From the human T2T-CHM13v2.0 reference genome, Homo sapiens: a stretch of DNA of 64,000 nucleotides. This document shows positions 1-12,017 of the stretch, in pieces. The stretch's first letter is position 1, and each line of letters opens with the position of its first letter. Position numbers and translations under genes: made by a program. The notes under the pieces were generated by a model that was not told the origin of the DNA, did no database searches, and saw only the letters and a list, made by a program, of their open reading frames with translations. The stretch is taken from the NCBI RefSeq assembly GCF_009914755.1, contig NC_060930.1; one strand, given 5' to 3'.

Positions 1-207
1 AGGTTCAGGCGATTCACCTGCCTCAGCCTTCCAAGTAGCTGGGATTACAGGTGCGTGCCACCACGCCTGGCTAATTTTTTTGTATTTTTAGTAGAAACAG
101 GGTTTCACCATGTTGGCCAGGCCGGTCTCGAACTCCTGACCTCGTGATCCGCCAGCCTCAGCCTCCCAAAATGCTGGGATTACAGGCGTGAGCCACTGTG
201 CCCAGCC
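1..207 (-). mobile_element. Alu (AluS-like), truncated by window edge
   Basis: Antisense Alu consensus blocks (cctcagcctcccaaaatgctgggattacaggcgtgagccac). Confidence 0.95.
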
Positions 208-1254
208 TTCCCCAACAGCTTTCCATCCTACTGCCCAGCCTTGCCTGGTCCTCAGGCCCATTGCACAACTTCCATACTGGAAATTCACTCAACCATCATC
301 CTGTGAATTCTCTTCTCTCCCGTATTGGCTTCCTTGTTTTCCAAATCCCTTAGGTTCCTTAGGTTCTTAGGCTCATTTCCTAATTTTAATGTTGCATATC
401 CTTCAATTGCTTCATGAGGGAAGTAGACATAAGATCCTGAAACTTTTCATGTCTGTAAATGTCTTTGTTTTACCCTCACCATTGACTAAGCTGGATACAG
501 AATTCTGTCTTAGAAATCAATTTCCCTCAGAATTATAAAGGCTTGGCTTCATTTTCATCTGGCTTAAGTTACTGTTGATACATTCAATGCCATGCTGACT
601 TCTCATTCTCTGTATGCAATCTTTTATTCTCTCTGGAAGCTTTTAGAATCTTGTATCAGTCAGTGTACTACAAAATAAAAAGAAGTCATTTTATGTATTC
701 TGTCATCTTCTTTCTTTTAAGAGACAGGATCTTACTACTTTGCCCAAGCTGGTCTTGAACTCCTGGACTCACATGATCCTCCTGCCTCAGCCTCCTAAGT
801 AGCTAGGACTACAGGTGTTCAACACCATACTGTGCCTACATTCTGTGGATAAGGAAATTAATATAAAATTAGGATCTTTCATGACTATTGGAAGAGCTGA
901 AGGAGTAAAGGTCACTGGATCTGTCACCAAAAATCAGAGAAATCTATGCTAAACATCTCAGTCTGAATCATTGAGGAGAGGTGGTTCTCAAAACCTTACC
1001 GAAATTCTCAGGAATCTCTGAGAAGCTTCCACCAACTATCCTCTCAAGAGTTTGCCAGGAAGCCACTGTGAAGCTCTTGCCTACCTGCACATTTAGCTGC
1101 CCCTGATTCACTTCCATCTTCCAAATCTCATACAAGTTTCTCTCACAAGCATACTCTAACCAAAAACCACATAGAAAAGGAAACCATTCTGGAAAATGTA
1201 GCTCTCAGCCTTAAAAATGAGTGAGAGTTGTGCTAACACCAGATAATCCAGCAG

Positions 1255-3290
<2,036 letters not shown>

Positions 3291-3499
3291 TTCGTGTAGA
3301 TTTTTATTATTTTAGTTTCTTCTCCTTTGTTTACTCTGTTCTCTCTGGAATTCCTAATATCATGCACCTCTGAGTTGATTCTCTAATTTTCTTATCTTTT
3401 CCCTTCCCTTCTCTCCTTCTGTCCTCCACACTGCCTTTTTTGTTCTTTCTGGGATATGTTATTGACTTTATCTTCCAAAGTATCTGCTTATTTATTTGA

Positions 3500-5500
3500 A
3501 GATTTTTAAAGCTTTTTATTTTTAAATAATTATAGATTCACAGGAAATATTATTTCAAAATTCAAAAAAAGGTACTGGGATGTCTCATGCACCGCCCCCC
3601 CAGACTCCCTCACTGTTAACATCCTGAACGACTATAGCATAATATCGAAAATGAAAAATTGAAATTGGTGGTGGCGGCAGCACGGTGGCAGGGGCAGCAA
3701 GGCGGCTGCAGCAGCTGTAGAAGAGGTCAGCTCAGCCGGCCAGTTTGAGGAGCTGCTGCGCCTCAAAGCCAAGTCCCTCCTTGTGGTCCACAATGTGCAC
3801 AGATGAACGAAGTTATGGCAGAGTTAGCTAAAGAACACCCTCAAGTTTCATTTGTGAAGTTGGAAGCTGAAGGTGTTCCTGAAGTATCTGAAAAATATGA
3901 AATTGGCTCTGTTCCCACTTTTCTGTTTTTCAATAATTCTCAGAAAATTGACCGATTAGATGGTGCACACATCCCAGAGTTGACCAAAAAAGCTCAGCGA
4001 CATCTAGTGGCTCCTTCCCACCCAGCACTGATGAACATCTTAAAGACCAAAAAAGCTCAGCGACATGCATCTAGTGGCTCCTTCCCACCCAGCACTGACG
4101 AACATCTTAAAGAAGATCTCAACCTTCGCTTACAGAAACTGACTCATGCTGCCCCCTGCATGCTGTTTATGAAAGGAACTCCTCAAGAACCACTCTGTGG
4201 TTTCAGCAAGCAGATGGTGGAAATTGTTCACAAACATAATATTTAGTTTAGCAGTTTTGATGTCTTTAGATCAAGAGGTTCGACAGGGGCTCAAAGCCTA
4301 TTCCAATTGGCCTACCTATCCTCAGCTCTACGTTTCTGGAGAGCTCATAGGAGGACTTGATATAATTAAGGAGATACACGCATCTGAAGAACTAGATATA
4401 ATTTGTCCCAAAGCTCCCAAATTAGAGGAAAGGCTCAAAGTGCTGACAAATGAAGCTTCTATGATGCTCTTTATGAAAGGAAACAAACAGGAAGCAAAAT
4501 GTGGATTCAGCAAACAAATTCTGGAAATACTAAATAGTACTGGTGGTGAATATGAAACATTCGATATATTGGAGGATGAAGGAGATCGGCAAGGATTAAA
4601 AGCTTACTCAAATTGGCCAACATACCCTCAGCTGTATGTGAAAGGGGAGCTGGTGGGAGGATTGGATATTGTGAAAGAGCTGAAAGAAAATGGTGAATTG
4701 CTGCCTATACTGAGAGGAGAAAATTAATAAATCTTAAACTTGGTGCCCAACTATTGCAAGAAATACTTAATTACATTGGGAGCAGTTCATGATTTAGTCC
4801 TCAGAAATGGGCTAGGAATAGAAAAATCCTGCTTACTCAGTTACATGTTTTTTGTATTTCACAATGTCGTGCTAAATAAAAGTATGTTACATGTTTTCCC
4901 ACTAAAAATAGAATGCAATAAACATCTTCAAATTATTAACAATAACTGTATAAAAAAGTGTATCTTTACAGCAATATTAAACATACAGCTACTAGAAAAA
5001 AACTGAAATTGGTACAATCTACAGAGCTCATTCAGATTTCACAAGTTACACATGCCCGTGTGTGTTTGTGTGTGTGTTTGGCGTAACTTTTTGCAATTTT
5101 ATCACTTGTGTTGTCTTGGATAGCCACCATCACAATCAAGATACACAACAGTACCATAGCCGTAAGAGTCCCGCATGTTACCACTTTATGAACATACCTA
5201 TTCCCTCTTCCCCCATTCCTAATCCCTCACAACCAGTAATCTGTTCTCCATTTCAAAAATGATGTTTCATCAATGTTGCATAGATGAAATCACGCAACAT
5301 GCTTAAGATTGGCTTTTTTTCACTCAGCATAATTTCTTCTAAGCTATGTGTGTGTTGTTTTTCTGTTTTTACTGTTAGTAGTATTTCCACAGTATAAATG
5401 TACTACAATTTGTTTAATCATTCACTCATTACAGAACATTTGGGTTGTTTCCAGTTTGGAACTATTATAAATAAAACTGCTATGAACATTTGCATATCTA
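3500..5500 (-). mobile_element. Old L1M 3' fragment split by the GLRX3 retrocopy
   Basis: L1M-type antisense text on both sides (3500-3669, 5003-5500), continuous once the retrocopy and one TSD are removed. Confidence 0.6.
3670..5002 (+). pseudogene. GLRX3P2: Processed pseudogene of glutaredoxin-3 (GLRX3/PICOT)
   Basis: Intronless Trx-like plus two monothiol Grx domains (CGFS twice, WPTYPQLY twice, native end ILRGEN*). Start ATG appears mutated to ACG, FWAPWAP is deleted near 3790, TAG at 4244-4246 is followed by a frameshift, AATAAA in the 3' UTR, TSD aaaa(t/c)tgaaattggt ending at 3669 and 5013. The P2 number is from recall of the locus. Confidence 0.93.
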
Positions 5501-5651
5501 TTTATTTATCTTAGTCTCTACTCTATTATTTATTTCTAAAAGTTCTTTCTTGTTCTCTCATTGTTTCTTTTCTATAGCACCTTCTTCTTGTTTTATAGGT
5601 TTAATATCTTTCCTTATCTTTGCAGATTTTAATTTTAAAACAAATGTTTTC

Positions 5652-5950
5652 TTTTTTTTTTTTTTTTTTGGAGACAGGATCTCGCTCTGCTGCCTAGGCT
5701 GGAGTGCAGTGGCTTGATTGCGGCTCACTGCAACTCCGCCTCCTGGGTTCAAGTGATCCTCCTACCTCAGCCTCCCTATCAGCTGGGACTACAGATGCAT
5801 GCCACCACACCTAGCTAATTTTTGTATTTTTTAGTAGAGATGGGGTTTCACCAGGTTGGCCAGGCTGGTCTTGAACTCCTGACCTCAGGTGATCACCCAT
5901 CTTGGCCTCCCAAAGTGCTGGGATTACAGGCGTGAGCCACCGCACCCGGC
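5652..5950 (-). mobile_element. Alu
   Basis: Antisense Alu dimer, flanked by repeated ttttaaaacaaatgttt (TSD). Confidence 0.95.
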
Positions 5951-6276
5951 TTTTAAAACAAATGTTTTCTTCTATTCGTTGCATTGTCTCTGTTACCTAT
6001 GAGTTCCTCTGCTTCTGATTAAGAGTCTGTTCTTCATGTGAACACTTTCCTCAAATATCTGATGAATCTTGCTTATGCATTTATATTTAAGAGTGAGGCA
6101 CTATAGAGTTTATTCCTCACCAGTGAGGCTAGCTTCACTGGTGAGGAAATTGGGCAGTTTAGTAGTCAGGGTAAATTAGGCTATGTTGTGTTAACAAACA
6201 ACCCCCAAATCTCAGTGGCTTAGCATAATAAGGGTTTATTTCTCACTAATGTCACAGTCCAACGTGGCCTCCACAG

Positions 6277-7190
6277 AGGTGGAAGAAAGAGCATGAATGA
6301 TTGTTTAAAGCCTGAGACACCAGCTCATTCACTATGGAATCTCTCAGAGCAGAAAGCCCCAGTAGAAATTATTAATATGGATAAATCAAAAAATCACAGC
6401 AAACACATGTCATCATTGGAAGCTATGGAAATAACTATGAGAAGACATAACCCAAAAACATTTAAAGTATTTATGTCTGTGGAGCTGTGAATACTGGCAG
6501 GGAAGATTGGGGCCTTTCTGTACTGATAGATATTTCTTAAATCCTTGATTATATGTTAATTTTATTAAAGGAATACATAAATTTGAAATTAAAAACAAGG
6601 ATAAGATGAGCATCCACCTGAGTTGCCCATGTCTGAGGAAATGCACTGTTGAAGATGTCATCCACTGTATCAGGAAATCAATATTTCCTATCCAAATCAC
6701 CAAATGCTAAATCCCTCCTACCGAGTCCTGTATTAGTCTGTTCTCACACTGCTGTAAAAAACTGCCCAACACTGGGTAATTGGAAAGGAAAGAGGTTTAT
6801 TTGGCTCACAGTTCTGCATGGAGGCCTCAGGAAACTTACAGTTATGGCACAAGGAGAAGCAAATATGTCCTTCTTCACATGGCATCAGGAGAGAAAAGTG
6901 CCAGCAGAAGAAATGCCAGACATGTACAAAACCAAAGATCTCATGAGACTCACTCACTATCATAAGAACAGCACGGGGGAACTGCCCCCACGATCTAATC
7001 ACCTCCCATGAGGTCTCTCCCCCAACACGTGGGGATTCCAATTCCAATTCCAATTCAAGATGAGATTTGGGTGGGGTCACAGAGCCAGACCATATCAAGT
7101 CCTAAGGAAATTTGTTTTTGAAGAATGGGCATGTTGTTTTTTGTCACATGATGAAAACTTTGTTCCACAGTGTATTTTCTTTTTGCCTTG
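6277..7190 (+). pseudogene. GREB1-like relic segment 1 (P-loop/Walker A region), split by THE1 LTR
   Basis: ORF 6293-6490 continues past TGA in frame as ILAGKIGAFLY; MLNPSYRV before the LTR resembles VHDPKYSL. Ends approximate. Confidence 0.65.
6729..7097 (-). mobile_element. THE1-family (ERVL-MaLR) solo LTR
   Basis: tgtattagtc...catatca termini; 5-bp TSD AGTCC at 6724-6728 and 7098-7102. Confidence 0.92.
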
Positions 7191-7599
7191 TTAACAAACT
7201 GACATGTTAAATGAGCATTCAGTCATGAGAAACAGCTTCTCTCAGGTGCCTGGTAACATTTCCTGCCTCAGCTTTTCTCTATGCTTTCACTCATGTGTTC
7301 CTTAGTTGTTTTACCTTATACGGTTAAATTGCACAGCCTGTTGCACTATTTGTCTTTAGGAATTGGCTATGTGTTCTGGATGTTAATCTTTTATCTGTTA
7401 CATATGATGCAAATATTTTCTCCAAGTTTATTGTCTTTTAACTTTAAGGCACAAGAAAGTAGATGAAATAAACTGCCTAAGATCACAGAGCTACTCAGGG
7501 ACAGAGCCAGGACTCGATCTTGTCAAATGCTCTTTGATTTATACTCCATTTTCCTACTGCAAAGTATTCACATATAAATTATCTTATTAAAAAACCCAC

Positions 7600-8105
7600 A
7601 GGATTTGCATTCTATCATAAAGACACATGCACTTGTCTGTTTACTGCAGCACTATTCATAACAGCAAAGACCTGGAATCAACCTAATGCCCATCAACAGT
7701 AGACTGGATAAAGAAAATGTAGTATATATATACCATGGAATACTATGCAGCCATAAAAAAGAATGAGACAATGTCCTTTACAGGAACATGGATGGAACTG
7801 GAGGCCATTATCCTTAGAAAACTAACACAGCAACAGGAAACCAAATATTGTATGTTCTTACTTACAAGTGGGAGCTAAATGATGAGAACACATGGACTGA
7901 AAGAGGGGAACAACAGACATTGGAGCCTACTTGAGGGAGGAAAATGGGAGATGGGAGAGGCTCAGGGAAAAAAAAAAACTGTCGGGCATTATGCTTAGTA
8001 CCTGGGTGACAAAATATCTGTACACCAAACCCCCGAGTCACGAGTTAACCTGTGTAACAAACCTGCACATGTACCCTGAACTTTTAAAATAAAAGTTAAA
8101 ACATT
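7600..8105 (+). mobile_element. L1 (L1PA/PB-type) 3' end
   Basis: ORF2-end/3'UTR text (gaatactatgcagccataaaaaagaatgag...aacctgcacatgtaccctgaact...aaataaaagtt). Confidence 0.9.
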
Positions 8106-8807
8106 AAACACACACGCACAGATTTGGAGTCAGACAATCTAGGTTTATTCCAGTTCCAACACTTACTGCTCTGTGATCTTGAGCAAGATGATTTACCTCT
8201 AATGAAACTTCATAGGCTCCTCTTCAAATGGGAATAATGATAATAGCAATTTTCTCTAGTTGTTATGAAAAAAAACACCAGGTATGAGAAATAACATATA
8301 CATTATAAAGTGTTGAACAAATGGTTTTTTATTTTAAAAAAAAACTTTATTAAAGAGATAGTTTGGGGCATTTTTTCTTTACATTATTTTAAAATGACAA
8401 TATCCTTCTATGTTAGAAATACAACAATTTTGGAAATCATTTCTAAATATCTTTAGCACCCCACTATTCTTAATGTCATGTTACATGAAATTTACATAAT
8501 CTAGTTTAGAATCAGCATTACTGGGAAAAAGACAATGTTCCTATATAAATTCTACTACATATAATATATATATGCTACTGTTTATGAGAAGGGTCAATAG
8601 GATAAAGAAACTTTCAAAAAATTATATACACATACACAAATACACAAGAACATTTTATATTCATTATTCAATAATCCTTAGAATGATGACAATGCTTATA
8701 TGTAAAAAATAATTTCACTCTAGAGCAGATTACAAGTAAATTTATCTGCCACATACGAGAATCTATTTACTTATGTTATAGCAACATCTCTTTTCTAAAA
8801 TAAAAAC

Positions 8808-9116
8808 ATGGCAAATACTCAGCTTGATCATCTGCACTATACAACAGAATTTACTCGGAATGACCTTTTGATCATTTGCAAAAAATTCAATTTAATGTTA
8901 ATGGATGAAGATATTATATCACTGTTGGCAATATTTATAAAAATGTGCTTATGGCTCTGGAAGCAATTCCTAAAAAGAGGTAGTAAATGTTCTGAGACTT
9001 CAGAATTGTTAGAAAAAGTTAAGCTTCAGTTGGCGTTTACTGCATATAAGTATGTTGACATATGTTTTCCTGAGCAAATGGCTTATTCTAGATATATACG
9101 TTGGTATATTCATTGA
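8808..9116 (+). CDS. C6orf50: 102-aa ORF matching my recollection of putative protein C6orf50/NAG19; probably a residual open frame of the GREB1-like relic rather than a real gene
   Basis: Intact ATG-TGA ORF MANTQLDHLHY...YIRWYIH; identity from memory; in-frame TAA at 8796-8798 just upstream. Confidence 0.5.
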   Translation: MANTQLDHLHYTTEFTRNDLLIICKKFNLMLMDEDIISLLAIFIKMCLWLWKQFLKRGSKCSETSELLEKVKLQLAFTAYKYVDICFPEQMAYSRYIRWYIH

Positions 9117-9318
9117 AAATTAGATTTATTATGTTATAAAATGTGACTAAAAGCCCATTTAAAGGGCACATATCTCTCATCTTTTGGTTCTAACGTGAAG
9201 CCAAATGAGGACAGGCGCATGATTCAGTTTATACAATAAGAAAATTGCCCCAAAGTGGATGAAGCACACACATCAGCAGCTCAGCCCCACTCCGTACAAT
9301 CCAAGTGCATTCAACAAG

Positions 9319-9688
9319 TGATATGGTTTGGCTGTGTCCCCACCCAAATCTCATCTTGAATTGTAACTCCCATGATTCCCACATGTCTGTGGGAGGAACC
9401 CGGTGGGAGGTGATTTAATTATGGGGGTGGGTCTTTCCTGTGCTGTTCTCCTAATAGTGAATGAGTCTCATGAGATCTGATGGTTTTAAAAATGGGGGTT
9501 TCTCTGCAGAAGCTCTCTTTTTGCCTCCTGCCATCCACATACGATGTGACTTGCTCCTCTTTGTCTTCCACTATGATTGTGAGGCCTCCTCAGCCATGTG
9601 GAATTGTAAGTTCAATAAACCTCTTTGTTTTGTAAATTGCCCAGTCTTGGGTATGTCTTCATCAGCAGCATGAAAATGGACTAATACA
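9319..9688 (+). mobile_element. THE1 (THE1B-like) solo LTR
   Basis: tgatatggtttggctgtgtccccacccaaatctc...ggactaataca; TSD ACAAG 9314-9318 and 9689-9693. Confidence 0.95.
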
Positions 9689-10515
9689 ACAAGTAAATCA
9701 CTGAACATTTAATCCCAGCAGTTCTCTTTTTTCAAACTTCTCCCGTTGATTTTGTGTCAGCCCTGCCTGTGCTATGCTTTGTTGGGGTAAGCAAGCCCTG
9801 CATAAATGTTCTTTCCTTAGAGTGAAAAAAATATGCTATAATAAGAAAGGAGAGATGGAGAAGACAAAATAGGAATACAAAAAAAGGCTTCGTGTAGAGT
9901 TGACCTGTGTTTCACTCACTGGATAACATCACAGCATATAGATGTTGGTCATGAAGCAAATATGCTTTAGTTGCATACAGCTTAGAAACCTACATTATTT
10001 AATACCTTCATCAGAGGAGTATTAAACTCTAGCTTGAATGTCAACACAACAAAAGTTAGGACATGTTGTATAACTGAAGTTTTTCCCAATGTACTAAGAT
10101 CTAATCTTGAGCCTGTCTGCAAGCATAAAGCTAAATAACGCATCCCATTAATCAATAAAATGCTCACTGGTGTCTTTATCAAAAGTTGTATTTTCCTTCA
10201 TTGATTGAGTCACATGAAGTGAAACTTGTTCTGCTTAACTAAGATGGTGCTGCTGTACCTTTTAAAGAAAACGAATTAAAGGTTTTATGTTCATGAAAGC
10301 ACAAATGTGACAAAATAAACTATGCTGACACCGTCAACATCATGACATCATAGATACGCCCAAAGGATCACAGGGATAAGTATTTTTGAAGCCCAAAGGC
10401 CTACATATAAATTTCCTGCTAAATATCTATTCTACTTACTAGTCCAAAAACACAATGTCAGATTTTCTAAGAGAAAATGATAAAGAATATACTTTGATAT
10501 CCTCTCTCCTTTAAG

Positions 10516-10598
10516 ATTTTAAAATAACAACGTGTTTATGGGGTAGTTTCTGCCCAGGCACATAGATTCCTGTTTACGGCCAAGTTTCTAGTATGGTG
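10516..10598 (+). pseudogene. GREB1-like relic exon
   Basis: cctctctcctttaAG acceptor, G|GTAATA donor; across frames DFKITTCLWG / HRFLFTAKFL / YGG vs DFNLRTNSSG..NNFSLMKKHVQVGG. Confidence 0.6.
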
Positions 10599-10860
10599 GT
10601 AATAAGCAAGCTTTAACTACCATACAAACAGAAGAAATCATTCCATCACAAAATCTCGATTTCAAACTTTAAATCAAAACCAGAGTATTGAAATTGACAA
10701 TATTTACAATTCATCATTTTTCAAATAGTTTCTAACACAACAGGGGTGCCAATTTTTCTCTATTCATTTTTGCTTTAAGGAATATAAGGAATATATATTT
10801 TCCCAAAGAAAAGTTTTTTTCAGCGTTTTTCTTGGTCACTCTTCCATGCAATTATTTTAG

Positions 10861-10902
10861 GTGGCCAAAAAGTGCTAAAATTTTTAATTTCTCTTCTTCC
10901 AA
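10861..10902 (+). pseudogene. GREB1-like relic 42-nt exon (phase 1-1)
   Basis: attattttAG acceptor, A|GTGAGT donor, open frame GGQKVLKFLISLLP; phase-compatible with both neighbours. Confidence 0.7.
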
Positions 10903-11202
10903 GTGAGTATCTTTCTAAGTATCACTCTTATCACTTAAGAAGGAAAACTTGACTGGGTGCAGTGGCTCACACCTGTAACTCCAACACTTTGGGAGACCAA
11001 GGTGGGAGAACCACTTGAAGCCAGGAGTACAAGACCAACCTGGGCAACACAGCGAGACCTCTCTCTCTCAAAAAAACAAAACAAAACAAAACAAAAGAAC
11101 ACCGATGCTTTTTCTTAAAAAAATGACAACAACAACAACAAAACAACTATATGCTCAAGTACCTACAGTCAAATAAACAGATAAAATTAACTAAATTATT
11201 AG

Positions 11203-11462
11203 ATCCCACTTTATCTGTGCCATGGCTATGGTATCACCATATTGCCCCTGATCTCCCACTACAGGAAGAATACTTTCCTCATATCCATTTTCTCTTGCCA
11301 AAAAGAAAAAACACCTAACTAGGTTTGAGATAAATTTTATTTTCAACTTTTATTAGCCTTTAAGCTAATTTCTAATTTAAAATGAATCATCCACTGGAGT
11401 ACTTTACCTTTACATCTGGAAGCTATATGCATTAGGCCCACTGAAAAAAACAACAGCCATTG
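11203..11462 (+). pseudogene. GREB1-like relic exon
   Basis: Single frame PTLSVPWLWYHHIAPDLPLQEEYFPHIHFLLPK..ILFS..MNHP..SYMH, then a 1-nt shift to GP; TG|GTGAGT donor at 11463. Confidence 0.78.
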
Positions 11463-11678
11463 GTGAGTCTACATTTTGTAAGAATGAGATACGATCAAAG
11501 CAACTTACACTTCTTCGCTGGAAATTAGTGCCCTCCTGTAAAGACAGCAGTGGATTCAAAATCAAGAACCAGGCATTAAAAGACCAACAAGCCGCAGCTG
11601 TTTGAATTTTCCCTTCCTCTCCTTGTGTTCTTTACAGCTCTATCCACTATTGTGTTGCTGCTCAAAAAGCTACACAAA

Positions 11679-12017
<339 letters not shown>

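Larger units (their letters stand above)
8782..10390 (+). pseudogene. GREB1-like relic segment 2 (TAGT-like glycosyltransferase core), split by THE1 LTR
   Basis: LVLT*SQMRTGA*FSLY 9184-9234 (PIFTPSSGRHEHGLLNLF); *PVFHSLDN and HEVKLVLLN*D are in one frame 9901-10245; RDKYF* near 10372-10389 (NRYFCED). Internal exon boundaries uncertain. Confidence 0.7.

Noticed and set aside
9982-10182. - strand ORF within an exon-like unit (approx. 10258-9920)
   Set aside because: Antisense shadow of the + strand GREB1-like segment; no recognisable homology.
11408-11535. Two - strand micro-exon-like units (33 and 27 nt) with good splice sites
   Set aside because: The first overlaps the better-supported + strand relic exon; no consistent frame or homology.
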